From Octopus sinensis (taxonomy: Eukaryota): a DNA stretch of 64,000 bases. A program made the position numbers and the translations under genes. The notes below the pieces were generated by a model. That model saw only the letters and a program-made list of their open reading frames with translations. It was not told the origin of the DNA and made no database searches. This document shows positions 50,421 through 63,112 of this stretch, piece by piece. Within the stretch, counting starts at the first letter, position 1; each line of letters opens with the position of its first letter. Location of the stretch: assembly GCF_006345805.1 (NCBI RefSeq), contig NC_043019.1, positions 5,083,360 through 5,147,359 of the forward strand, written 5' to 3'.

Positions 50421-52521
50421 TATATATACACATATGTACATTTCATGTAATGTGTCTGATAATTAAATCAAGGGTGGGACTAGATTTAAATGGCTTTTTT
50501 TTAATACTCATGGTTAGTGACTAAATTAGTCAATGACCATTTCCAGTAGAAATTCAAAGCCTGAGAATCTTTCCAGAACATACTCTACGAGGAAAACATT
50601 AAAAGGATATGCTGAGCCAGAGAAAGAGAGCCTCTACGCGGTTGACAGATTTGCTAGAAATAGCAGCCACGTACCTTTGCTATCGTAAGGAGTAGAGGGG
50701 TATATTACATAATGTAGATTGCCCCCTACAAAAGGTCTCGGTTGGAATGTCTGACCTAACGTCTGCTCGATCAGACTGACCTAAGGTTAATCCTTATATT
50801 ATACACACACATTAAATATTTTTATCTTCGGTATAGATTTTGTCAATATGGATGGAGATATGTTAATTTAAAATACACAAACATCGGTACACCAATTAGT
50901 GGAAACCATGACTATCACGTCTCATATTGAGACAACCTATCTAATACTGTATCATTTTCCAATGTCTTTTACAATAAACTCCGATGTGATTTGAGGGTCA
51001 TTTGGCTGTTGTTTCTAGCAGATGGCCTTAACGGAAAGAAGGTGAAACCAGATACGTTGGTTTGTTGGTTTAGACGAGACAAGACTTCTTTTCATAACCT
51101 GTAAGGCCTCCTTCGTCAGTTGCTATATCATATTGTATGTATATAGCTGTTGGATATTCTCATGTTAAATCTAGTAGAATTCCATTCAATTCCAAGGAGT
51201 TTTCCAGGAAATATTAGATCCATGGTGGAGCACTACTATCGTTTGACGAACCCAATTTCAATTTTATTTGGTTTCATTATTGGAAATATTGAATATTTAA
51301 AAGGTGTTTCGTTATTTACTGACAATTTCAAATGATTTTATTTACAAAAAGTATAAACATGTCACTACATGTGATATAAAATGTCAGCAAATTCTTCAGA
51401 TCCATTCTATCCAATAATTCTCATCATGCAAATTCCTCCAAAAATTCCTTCAGCAACAATTGTAAACAGAAAAAAGTTCAAGATGTAGTTTGAATAATTA
51501 AGCAAATAAGTCAAGAAAATTAGCGATAATATTTCCAATAATGTGTGAAATAATTGGGACCGCTGAAAGTCAATAGCGAGTCCAGGATTTCCTGCTCTTT
51601 CAATGGTATTGACCACCAAGGGATAAAAGAGAGGAATGTGAAATTTGAGATGGTTCTGGTCGTCCTAATTAACTAACACAGTTGTGAGGTAACAAAGTGG
51701 GGTACACTTGGGTAGGGGTACAATTCTGTAGACATGCCTACCCATCACCGGTATTTAAAGCGCCACCCCAGGGAAGTTCAAATATACAAAAGGAGAGACC
51801 TAGGTGAAATTAGAACTTAAAAATGTAAAAGGATCCAATAAAAAGTAGCGTATGATCCCGTTTAGCCCCACCAGTAGAGCCCTTGGGTTCCTTTACTGTT
51901 TAGGGGACTGGGGCCAGGTGTCCAGTCTAACGTTAAGTTCTTCCGATCTACACAAGACACCCCTAAAAAGTGAGTCATGGGTGTTGGCCTTCCTATAATG
52001 ATTTAACCCATTAAATATATTCCATCTTGCGCTTTATATAGGCTGTTCATCGCCATAGTTTCTTGCTCTGGCACCGTAAGAACATAAATTACGAGGTCTG
52101 GGGTGATTTAGTCGGTTCTAAAACATGGCTGGTGATTATTTTTTATCGATCCTGGAAGGATAAAAGGCAAAAATGAAACGACATGAATTAAACAAGGCCA
52201 AGAATCGCCATAAAGGATTTTTAAGTCCAGCAATCTACCATTTCTGCTAATTCTGTCAAATATGATTCCATCTTCCTAGCCATTACCATTAATATGATTA
52301 TTATTATTCCCTCGATATTCCTTGTAACTATATCCATCCTAAGACATTAGATAGATTATTCCTTAAGCCATATGTTGTTCTTTAGAATTCGGTTCATGGG
52401 TTCAAATTTAGATGGGTTTTTTACCTATTTCCGGCGACTAAGTGGGAACAGATCGATCAGTGTGTGTATATATATATATATATGTATATATATTATATAT
52501 ATACACCACTATGATGTGAAA

Positions 52522-52566
<45 letters not shown>

Positions 52567-52873
52567 CATACACCACTTGTATATATTATATATATACACC
52601 ACTATGATGTGAAAGTCTATGGTTATGAAATAGTAAGGAAATATACATGAAGAGAATTCCTGGATGGTCAGTGGAGAAATACTCAAAGGTGACCCATCTA
52701 CAAAATCCTGTTAGATAATCCTAAAGTTCGTGGGGAGTGAAATAATAATAAGCTCCCAGATATCAAATGCCAGACTGTGAAAAGGGTTCTGACGAGCTCA
52801 AAGCTGGCGGCAGGGTTTCAATTCCTGGTGGAAGCCATCTTCAGTTCAATTTCATTTGTCTCTCTTTTTCCTT

Positions 52874-52907
<34 letters not shown>

Positions 52908-52976
52908 AATCTGAATATTTAACAAAATGAGACATCCACAGTTTAATTAAACAAGAAAGCAAAGAGATATACTCAC

Positions 52977-52990
52977 TGATCGGCTGTCAT
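52977..52990 (-). CDS. DNAJC7: Candidate DNAJC7 start-codon exon (ATG ACA GCC GAT CA|gtgagt; whole exon about 52977-52999)
   Basis: A at -3 of the ATG and a strong gtgagt donor in phase 2, matching exon 35814. A long polypyrimidine tract and ccaag acceptor lie upstream. Not confirmed by homology. Confidence 0.45.
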
Positions 52991-53144
52991 TATTTGTTTC
53001 TTGGTAAAAAGAGAAAAAATAAAATGTCTTTTTTGTGTTTTTTTTTTTTGGTTTGTTCGTTACATACAAAAACAAAATAAACTTATTCGATGCTGTTTCT
53101 TTCCTCCTCGAAAAAAAAAAGAAGATAAATACTAAGGTTCTTAC

Positions 53145-54380
53145 AGACAGAACCACACCACTCGAGACACACCAACTGTTTCAGTCAGACATAGTCAAAA
53201 AAAATTTTACTGAATAGAAATGAAATAAGGATTTAATGGCGGCGACCGTCACTGTGGGCTGCTGCTGATGAACGGGATTGCTATTTATACTGGCTGCTGC
53301 TGATTAGTATTTGAACCAGCGGCTGCTGCTGATTACTGCTGCTTTCTCCGGTTGATGGTAGTAGTGATGGTGATGATGGTGATTGTGAAGGTGCTGCTGC
53401 TGATTACTGCTTTGTCTGGCTGATAGTGATAGTGGTGATGGTGATAGTGAAGGCGCTGCTGCTGATTACTGCTTTCTCTGGTTTGATAGTGACGATGATG
53501 ATGATGATGATAGTGAAGGCGCTGCTGCTGATTACTGCTTTCTCTGGCTGATGGTGATAGTGATGATGATGATAGTGAAGGCGCTGCTGCTGATTACTGC
53601 TTTCTCTGGCTGATAGTGATAGTGATGATGATGATGATTGTGAAGGCGCTGCTGCTGATTACTGCTTTCTCTGGCTGATGGTGATAGTGATGATGATGAT
53701 AGTGAAGGCGCTGCTGCTGATTACTGCTTTCTCTGGCTGATGGTGATAGTGATGATGATGATAGTGAAGGCGCTGCTGCTGATTACTGCTTTCTCTGGCT
53801 GATGGTGATAGTGATGATGATGATAGTGAAGGCGCTGCTGCTGATTACTGCTTTCTCTGGTTGATAGTGACGATGATGATGATGATAGTGAAGGTGCTGC
53901 TGCTGATTACTACTTTCTCTGGTTGATTGTGATGATGATGATGATGATAGTGAAGGCGCTGCTGCTGATTACTGCTTTCTCTGGTTGATGGTAGTGGTAT
54001 TAGTTATAACTGTGATACTGATGCTGCTTATGATGATGATGATCATTAACGAGTTGCTGCTACTGATGATTATAATTCTTGAATTGGTTGATGATGATGA
54101 TGATGATGATGCTTCCTTTGTGATAATAATGGTCTTTTAGTGTCATATGGTCGTTTCTGATTGGTGGTGGTGCCTGCTCATCGGTAGACAGTTCAAGACA
54201 GCTCCAGCTGGTGGTGGAGGAAGTTCTATTTGCTTCTGCATCCGATGGTGGAGGTACATCATTGATGGCTTTTATCCGATGGTGGAGGAACTGATTGCTG
54301 GCTTATATAATTCCGGTAGTTACAGAGGAGTTCTGTTAGTTCCTGGTCACTCCAGATTAAGCAGACTTATAATCAAATGT
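53145..54380 (-). other. Candidate non-coding 5' exon of DNAJC7 (upstream boundary uncertain)
   Basis: gtaaga donor at 53144 and a 145-nt intron to the acceptor at 53000. No long ORF. Lies just downstream of a CCAAT box and a CpG-richer region. Confidence 0.3.
53290..53990. repeat. ~62-bp tandem array (about 11 units) built of GCT/GAT triplets
   Basis: Unit gctgctgctgattactgctttctctggctgatggtgatagtgatgatgatgatagtgaaggc; length varies in 3-nt steps. Confidence 0.95.
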
Positions 54381-54930
54381 ATTCCGGCCACGACCAATCC
54401 CACCATATATTAATACAACGCCAATGTTCTTAACATATGTAATATGAGTGATGACTGGCTGTTATTTCTAGCAGTTTCTGATGTCTGCTATTGGAGGCTT
54501 TAATGGTTTACGGGTGGCGGGGTACGTATGGCGGTTGCGTGATAGTGTAGTAAATGGCGGAAAGTAAGGCAACGATGGATTTTATTATTTAATGTTGGTT
54601 TTACAGTGGTTGTAGAGACTAGTATAGAGAGAGATATAGTAATGGTGAGGTGAGGATGGACCAAACTTATACCGGGGGTTCGGCGATCGCAGGGTGGAAT
54701 CGATAACCTTACAGTAAGGTGGTGGTGGTGGCGGCGGCGACAGTGTTGAGTGACGTAAATCGCGGCATCGCTAACGTCAACAGAATTGCGTAAATATTTA
54801 TGGTGGGGGTTTTTAGTGGGGGATGTTGTTGTTTAGCCCCGAATCAGACGGTAGGGGGGTGTGGATTTGAGGAACGTCTGGCTGCTATTTCTGGCAAGTC
54901 GATCGACCACGTAAGGGTTTGCTCGCGTTA
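54380..54930. promoter_or_regulatory. CpG-enriched, possibly bidirectional promoter region
   Basis: Higher CpG than the rest of the window, CCAAT near 54394, YY1-like AAATGGCGG at 54552-54560, CRE-like TGACGTAA at 54751. Confidence 0.5.
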
Positions 54931-55680
54931 ATTATAAAAAGCTCCTGACCATGAGAGTGATTTGGGTCGTAGTAATAATAATCGAATAATAATTCCCCCC
55001 CCCTTTTTTTTTGTACCTTTTATAAAGTGAATTTCGGGGGTACTCAAAAAATCGAATGTCTGAGATATCCCATTTCAACATACAGAAACGGAAGTAAAAT
55101 TTTCAGGACATTATATCGAACGGTCTCCGTTTTAAGTACATACATATACCACCGCGTTACAGAAACTCTGGTTACGCAATTCCAAACTTACGGAAATTAT
55201 AAAGTAAACTAATTTCGATTTACCGCCTGTAACTTCGCTCTTACGGAAGCCCAGATAGATTTCGGAGCAGTTTTAAAAACTATAATCACGATCTGTATAT
55301 GAGCTTTCTTCATGTCTAAAATATATTTGGTGTGAATTTTCATACAACCGGTTGCTTCTCCCGCTATTTTCCGTCTCCGTCCCCCCCCCCTGCACTTTTT
55401 ACTGCATACAACCTAGCAATCCAATTGTTTAAATTTTTGTTCTCTCTCTCTTACCCCTACCTTATTTTTCAATGCATTCAACAATCTTGCTGACAACTTC
55501 CCTGTCCCTTCTGCCAAACCAGTTCCTACGTGTACCAATTCAACTGTTTGTCATTGCTCTCAGCATAACTCGTTTTGTTATTTTTGTTACTAACTATAAC
55601 CATACAGTACTTCACCCAAAAAGTCCTTTCTTCCCGTCCATACCTTTCGTTTTGTTAATTTACATTATTACATCCAAAGT

Positions 55681-56090
55681 AAGGCCGCGAGCAGGCAGAA
55701 TCGGTAGCACGCCAGGCAAAATATTTAGCGACATTTTGTCCGTCCTTATCCTCTGAGTTCAAATTCCACCAAGGTCGACTTTACCTTTCATCCTTTCGGC
55801 GTCGATAAATTAAAATACCTATTTCTTTACTACCCACAGAGAGGACAAACAAGGACAAACAAACGGATTAAGTCGATTATATCGACCCCAGTGCGTAACT
55901 GGTACTTATTTAATCGACCCCGAAAGGATGAAAGGCAAAGTTGACCTCGGCGGAATTTGAACTCAGAACGTAACGGCAGACGAAATACTGCTACGCATTT
56001 CGCCCGGCGTGCTAGCGATTCTGCCACAGTGAAACGCTAGTCCCCTCCCCCAAAATTTCAGGTCTTGTGCTTCTAGAAAGGATTATTACA
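55681..56090. mobile_element. Nin-domain SINE (+) with an oppositely oriented Nin-domain SINE (55820-56026) inserted
   Basis: Plus head 55681-55819, minus copy, then the plus tail (cccctccccc...ttatta) resumes. Confidence 0.8.
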
Positions 56091-56176
56091 TTCAAAGTCC
56101 ATAAAACGCTGAACATCACTACTTTCCCTAGATTCTGGTATCCTATTTTGGTGTGAATTTCTTCTCCCCCTCTCTC

Positions 56177-56543
56177 AGATCTTTTCGGTTTGAACGGCAT
56201 TGTTTTCTAGCGGTGTCATATGAAATTGTCACCCATAATTATGACCCTAGTATCGATCTATTGCACTTCAATCTGTTTTAGGGTTATGGGTATCTTTTTT
56301 TTTCTTCAGAAATGTAAATAAACCCAATCTGTTTCTTAAACGAGGGACATATTCATACGGCACAGAATGTTTTTTACCTCAATAGACGTCATTGATTGGT
56401 TGAAATTGCAGAAATTGAAGGAAAAAAACCAACAAATATCTTACAAACCATAGAATTTTTTCAATAAAGCCAAGAGAAAAAGATATTTTATAAACACATT
56501 CTACCAGTATACGAAGTTTAAAATTTTTTAGTTACGTGGAAAT
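56177..56543. mobile_element. Family D MITE, reverse orientation, one TIR lost
   Basis: Reverse complement of 7270-7684. Confidence 0.85.
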
Positions 56544-56624
56544 ATAAGATTTTGTTGTTAAAGTTTATGTGCCATAAACTGGTTATATTTCTATAATACA
56601 CAAAATATTTAGACATTTTTTTTT

Positions 56625-56824
56625 ATTCTCCTACTTGTTTCAGTCATTTGACTGCAGCCATACTGGAGCATTGCCTTGAATAGTTTCAGTCAAACAAATT
56701 GACCCTAGGACTTATTTTTTAAGCCTACTACTTTTTCTATTGATCTCTTTTGCCAAACTGCTAAGTTACAGGGATGTAAAAGCACCAACACTAGTTGTCA
56801 AGCAGTGATGCAAGGACAAAGACG

Positions 56825-56826
<2 letters not shown>
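56625..56826 (-). mobile_element. 3' half of an older SINE A (5' half at about 57545-57703), split by LINE insertions
   Basis: Diverged family homology on both sides of the inserts. Confidence 0.7.
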
Positions 56827-56886
<60 letters not shown>

Positions 56887-56889
56887 TAT

Positions 56890-57316
56890 CTGCAATGTTA
56901 TATGGTAGTGAAACATAGGCTACCACAAAGAGAGAAGAGCAGAGACTGGTAACGGCTCAAAGAGCCATGGAAAGGTCAATGCTTGGTATCTCGTTGAGAG
57001 AGCACATCAGTAGCGAGATCATCAGAAAGAAGTCTGGCGTGAAGGATGTCTTCGCAGAGTATACACGCAGCAAGTATAGATGGGCTGGACAAGTCGCCCG
57101 GCTCACTGATAATCGGTGGACCCGTGCAGTTGTCGAGTGGTACCCGCACGAGCGGAAACGACCACCCGGAAGACCCTCACGACGGTGGAGTTACAATTTC
57201 AGGAGGACGATTGGGATCACGTGGATGAGAAAGGCGTGATCCAGAGAGGAGTGGACAGCGTGCTGTGGCCAGCGGTGTCAAATGGACGCCTGACGGACTG
57301 GTCAGTCAAGGTGATA
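56890..57316 (+). mobile_element. RTE-1-like LINE 3' fragment, second family
   Basis: MLYGSET, QRAMERSMLGISL, KYRWAGQVAR..DNRWT..V.EW.P...KRP.GRP.RRW. Confidence 0.88.
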
Positions 57317-57330
57317 TATATATACACACA

Positions 57331-57522
57331 CATCATCATCATCATTGTTCGACCATGGTCGAGACAATGGAATTTACCATGCTACGCCAGACTTCACGGT
57401 CCATCATAGCATTACAGAGGTCTTGTTGCTGGATGCCTGTATCCCTGGAGATTACATCAGGGTAGGAGAGTGTGCGCCCTCTGGTATTGCGAGTAGATGG
57501 CTTCCAGAGGAGAAGAGTAGAA
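57331..57522 (-). mobile_element. LINE 3' fragment, third family, (GAT)n tail
   Basis: LLLWKP....RGR...Y.D.I.RDTG.....L...M.DR.VW, then stop and tail. Confidence 0.75.
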
Positions 57523-57969
57523 ATTACACACACACATACACACAATGGGCTTCTTTCAGTTTCCATCTACCAAATCGAATTTCAAGGATTTGGTCAGCCC
57601 AAGACTAGTAGAAGATACTTGCCCAAAGTGCTATGCAATGGGATTGAACCCAGAACCATGTGGTTGGGAAGCAAACTTTTTACTGCACAGCCACATTTGC
57701 ACCTATTTTTTTTAATCCACAATTTCTTATTTAATATAATAGGAGTTTTTAGACATTGATTGACTCTGAGAGTCCACCCCTGAATAAAATAGGAATCAAA
57801 AGGGTCCATAGACAAAAAACGGTTAAGAAACACTGGTCCATACTGAGTACTTACTATCATAAACATTGCTAACAATAGCAACTTTACATTTCACAATACT
57901 CACTCTAAACATAGAAAATAAGAAAACAGTTTAAACACTTTTCCTGAATTAACCACAAAATAATCACAA

Positions 57970-59746
57970 GGGAGAGAGTCTGCGTAGATGAGATGCAGTT
58001 TGGTCTTGTGTCTGGTAGAAGCACCACTGATGCTATATTCCTGGTGTGGCAACTGCAGGAGAAATACCTAACTAAAGATAAACCCCTATACTTAGCTTTT
58101 ATGGACTTGGAGAAAGCCTTTGACAGTGTCCCCCGATCCCTTAACTGGTGGGCGATGCGGAAACTGGAGATTGATGAATGGTTAATAAGGGCTGTACAGG
58201 CCCTATACAGAGAGGCCGTTAGTAAGGTTAGGATTGGCAATGAGTATAGTGAAGAATTCCAGGTAGAAGTAGGGGTCCACCAAGGATCAGCCCTCAGTTC
58301 CCTTTTATTCATCATAGTCCTCCAGACAATAACAGAGGAATTCAAGACAGGTTGCCCCTGGGAGATCCTCTATGCTGATGACCTGGCCCTCATAGCAGAA
58401 TCACTACCGGAACTAGAAAAGAAATTTCAGGTGAGGAAGCAAGGTTTAGAATCGAAAGGCCTTAGAGTCAATGTTGCAAAGACCAAAGTTCTAGTAAGTA
58501 TGAAGGCGAACACATCAGACACCCCCTCAGGTAGGTGGCTCTACTCAATCTGTAGAAGAGGTGTAGGTAGAAACTCCATAAGATGTACCCAATGTAAGCT
58601 ATAGACACATAAGAGGTGCAGCAACATCAAAGGAAGATTAACCGGGAAGATAGCTTTCATGTGCAGCAGATGCACAGGGGCAATAAACACCACAGATACT
58701 CAGAAAACAGATTCCATCACACTCCAGATTGTGAAACTAGAAGTAGTTGATAGCTTCCATTACCTAGGTGACCAAGTTAGTAGTGGAGGTGGATGCTCAG
58801 GGAGTGTTACCACTAGAATAAGAATAGCCTGGGCAAAGTTTAGAAAGCTTCTACCCCTATTGGTGACAAAGGGCCTCTCACTCAGAGTGAAAGGTAGATT
58901 GTAAGATGCATGTGTGCAAACTGCCATGCTTCACGACAGTGAAACATGGGCCATGACTGCGGAAGACTTGCATAGGCTCGAGAGAAATGAAGCTAGCATG
59001 ATCTGCTGGATGTGTAACGTCAGTGTGCACACACAACAGTGTAAGCGCCCTGAGAGAAATGTTGGACATAAGAAGCACCGGATGTGGCATGCAAGAGAGA
59101 CGTTTGTGCTGGATGGACGAGGAGAGATGTGTGAAGAAGTGCCACTCCCAAACAGTTGAAAGAATTCTGGGTAGAGGTAGACCCTGGAAGACATGGGTGA
59201 GGTGGAGAAGCATGACCTTCAAACATTGGGCTTCACAGAGGCAATAACGAAAGACTGAGACCTCTTGAGATATGCTGTGACTGCAAAGACCAAGTAAATA
59301 AAGTGAGTTCACAGCTGTATCCTACACTAGTTTCGCATAACCAGCCCCAGCCCATTCAAAAGTACCTCGGTTCGTAGGGCGACCTGCTGTGCTTGAGACC
59401 TATTGAGTCAAGTACATCAACATCAAATGGAAATTGTAGTTATGATACCCATACCGGTGGCACGTAAAAAGCAGCATCTGAACGTGGCCAATACCAGTAC
59501 TGCCTTGACTGGCTTCTCTGCCGGTGGTATGTAAAAAGCACCAACCGATCATGGCCGGTGGCATGTAAAAAGCACCCACTACACTCACAGAGTGGTTGGC
59601 ATTAGGAAGGGCATCCAGCTGCAGAAACACTGCCAGATCAGACTGGAGCCTGGTGCAGCCTCCTGGCTTCCCAGACCCCAGTCGAATTGTCCAACCCATG
59701 CTAGCATGGAAAACGGACGTTAAACGATGATGATGATGATGATGAT
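57970..59746 (+). mobile_element. 5'-truncated RTE-clade LINE: RT domain, Cys-rich finger, C-terminus, family C 3' UTR
   Basis: QFG...STTDAIF, DLEKAFD, GVHQGS, LYADD motifs, in-frame stops, (GAT)n tail. Confidence 0.93.
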
Positions 59747-59937
59747 GTAAAAAGAGAAAATGCAAGATATGTAGTTTCCATTTACACCCTGAGCAATGTT
59801 AATCCCAATGCCCTGAAAGAAACCCGCAAAAGGGCCTTTGGTGAGGCACTGATTTCTAATACAGTAGCAACTGCAGGTGAAGCATTCAAAAGAGCTGCTG
59901 TTCAGAAGAAACAGTAAAAGCTTTCTCTTTTGCATGT

Positions 59938-60344
59938 AGGCGCAGGAGTGGCTGTGTGGTAAGTAGCTTGATTACCAACCACATGGTTCCGGGTTCAGTC
60001 CCACTGCGTGACACCTTGGGCGAGTGTCTTCTGCTATAGCCTCGGGCCGACCAATGCCTTGTGAGTGCATTTGGTAGATGGAAACTGAAAGAAGCCTGTC
60101 GTATGTATATATATATATATATGTATGTGTATATGTTTGTGTGTCTGTGTTTGTTCCCCTAGCATTGCTTGACAACCGATGCTGGTGTGTTTACGTCCCC
60201 GTCACTTAGCGGTTCGGCAAAACAGACCGATAGAATAAGTACTGGGCTTACAAAAGAATAAGTTCCGGGGTCGAGCTGCTCGATTAAAGGCAGTGCTCCA
60301 GCATGGCCGCAGTCAAATGACTGAAACAAGTAAAAGAGTAAAGA
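59938..60344 (+). mobile_element. SINE family A
   Basis: Full-length homology. Confidence 0.9.
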
Positions 60345-60629
60345 GATGTCCACTCTCTGTACAAGCAGTTTGCTATTCACATAACACTTCAGAAGCGTAG
60401 AAACCCTAACGAAGGGAAACACTTTATGCTGGCCGTAAATAATGCAACCTCTTTGATGCTTCATTAACAAGCTACTTAATATATATTAATATATTCAAAT
60501 GGATATTCTGATGTGTTTTTCTTTACCGTGTCTCTCTTTTGTTCGCGTTACTTTCACTTAAAAAACCCTGGGACTTTCCCACGCAGAAAGTTTCTTCCTG
60601 TACTTATGCGTGCGTGCGTGTATACTCTA

Positions 60630-60965
60630 CTCTTTTCCTCTTTTAATTGTTTCTGTCATGGACTGTGGCCATGCTGGAGCACCGCCTTTTAGTCGAGACA
60701 ATCGACCCCAGGACTTATTCTTTCTAAGCCTAGGACTTATTCTATCGGTCTCTTTTACCGAACCACTAATTTACGGGGACATAAACACACCAGCATCAGT
60801 TGTCAAGCAATGTTGGGGGGACAAACACAGACACACAAACACACACACACACATACGCACTGTGTGTGTACTGTTGGCGATTTTTTTTCCTCCGTCTTCC
60901 TTTCTTTGGATCTTTCTTTTTCCTACGTTTCTGACGAAGAGTTGTGTTTCCATGTTTGGATTAAC

Positions 60966-60998
<33 letters not shown>

Positions 60999-61179
60999 AT
61001 ATATATACATATATACGACGGGCTTCTTTCAGTTTCCGTCTACCAAATCCACTCACAAGGCTTTGGTCAGCCTGAGGCTATAGTAGAAGACACTTGCCCA
61101 AGGTCCCACGCAGAGGGACTGAACCCAGAACCATGTGGTTGGTAAGCAAGCTACTTACCACACAGCCACTCTTGCGCCT
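60630..61179 (-). mobile_element. SINE family A with extra sequence in the central microsatellite
   Basis: Family homology, insert at about 60860-60965. Confidence 0.88.
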
Positions 61180-61439
61180 TTGGTATGTTATAAGCAAGAA
61201 CTTGATCTATGGAATAGTATTATTAAAGTGATTTAGGAAAATACGAAAGAATCATTGTAAATTTAGCCAGGTGGATAGAGACAGTTACCACAATAGCACT
61301 TGTCCAATATTATAAAACAAGTCTCATATTTGCTTTGAAAAACCAAAATCCCTAGGTGACATTGACCATTATAGATTTCATCAGTAAATTATGAACTAGA
61401 CAGAGAATGACCAATAGTTTTGATATTACAGTAGGGTCT

Positions 61440-61657
61440 CTCTTTTCTCTTTTACTCTTTTACTTGTTTCAGTCATTTGACTGTGGTCATGCTGGAGCAC
61501 CGCCTTTAGTCAAGCAAATCGACCCCAGGACTTATTCTTTGTAAGCCTAGTACTTATTCTATCAGTCTCCTTTGCCGAACCACTAAGTTACGAGGACATA
61601 AACACACCAGCATCGGTTGTCAAGCGATTTTGGGGGGACAAACACAGACACACAAAC

Positions 61658-61724
<67 letters not shown>

Positions 61725-61895
61725 CATATATACGACTGGCTTCTTTCAGTTTCCATCTACCAAATCCACTCACAAGGCTTTGGTCGGCCCGAGCCTATAG
61801 CAGAAGACACTTGCCCAAAGTGCCATGCAGTGGGACTGAACCTGGAACCATGTGGTTGGTAAGCAAACTACTTACCACACAGCCACTCCTGCACC
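61440..61895 (-). mobile_element. SINE family A
   Basis: Family homology. Confidence 0.9.
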
Positions 61896-61999
61896 TAAAA
61901 GTCTAATGACTTTTTCCCATGTAATAGACTTGGGAAATATATTTTGAATACTTTAGATAAGGATTTCCCTATATAAGGCCAATACACTTTTCTCTATCT

Positions 62000-62400
62000 G
62001 CAACTAAAGGAGCAGAAAAATAGAGCAGTATAGAAAAAGAATTAGAAAAATTTTAACAAAACAGGTCTGTCCATCACCAGTGATAGTAATCTTAGAACAG
62101 CTAACATTTTGGATGTGACACTTGAATAAGATAATGGAGCGTTACATCCATATCATAAAAGCTGAGTAAATTTAGATTATATAAATAGATTCCAACAATA
62201 GTGCTTAACTAACTCAATGGCAGATAGTGTTTCCTGACACAATATCCACTTACTCCGTTAATAAGGAGATATTCTGTACATATGTGGGATACAATAATGA
62301 GGTGCTAAGAAGGGCAGTGTACAAAGAAAAAATTGGATATATCTTAATATGGGATACACTGAATACAACTTGTAAAATTAGCAAATTACGGAATGGTCTC
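62000..62400 (+). mobile_element. Degenerate Penelope-like RT fragment
   Basis: Pieces LDVTL..NG...PYHK...YIN resemble the PLE RT C-terminal region. Frameshifts and stops. Confidence 0.5.
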
Positions 62401-62870
62401 CAGGATTATGGTAAGAGTAAGTCTGATAATGAATCTCATCTAAATATAAATCTGAGGTAGAATAATAGTAGAAGGGAATTAGATAAAGCACAAATGTAAT
62501 GTTGTAAATTCCTCTTCTCATAATTATAATAACTAGCTGGACCAATGGAATAAGTCAGCACATTTGAAAATATTGTGTTAAACACAAGGAGAGAGTTTAA
62601 AAAATTCCCTTGATATCCAGCCACTTAATAAGGTATTGGTTATTTATCTCCTTGTAATACATTTGACAGATATGATGTATCCTCTGTGTGAAAAGTCTGG
62701 CTGCATACACGTTAGCATATGTCAGGTGGATACAATTGACAACACAGTTAATTAAGATTTATTCAGTGAGTTCTATTCAACACCTGTTTACACGTGGAAT
62801 TAGCAGAATCATTATTAACTTTAGATGGCTCGCAGGCGAGGTGAACAATTAGTGAGAGAGATAAAGTGCA

Positions 62871-63031
62871 AGCCCACAGCAATATCATATCTTCTCCTCT
62901 ATTTTTAGTATTACGTGTCAAAAGTGAAACAATAACATCTCTCTATTGTATTGTTAGGTACTTTCACTTTAATAGTTTTACTTTAATACTGAAACTATTA
63001 TCTCACATATATACAGGCATACATACATATA

Positions 63032-63112
<81 letters not shown>

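Noticed and set aside
51397-51428. C/D box snoRNA (ATGATGA...CTGA on the minus strand)
   Set aside because: Boxes span only about 32 nt and there is no terminal stem.
52487-52620. Direct duplication of caccactatgatgtgaaagtctat
   Set aside because: Simple local duplication within (TA)n, with no sign of function.
53290-53990. His/Gln-rich or Asp-rich coding exon
   Set aside because: The 62-bp period shifts frame and introduces stops on both strands.
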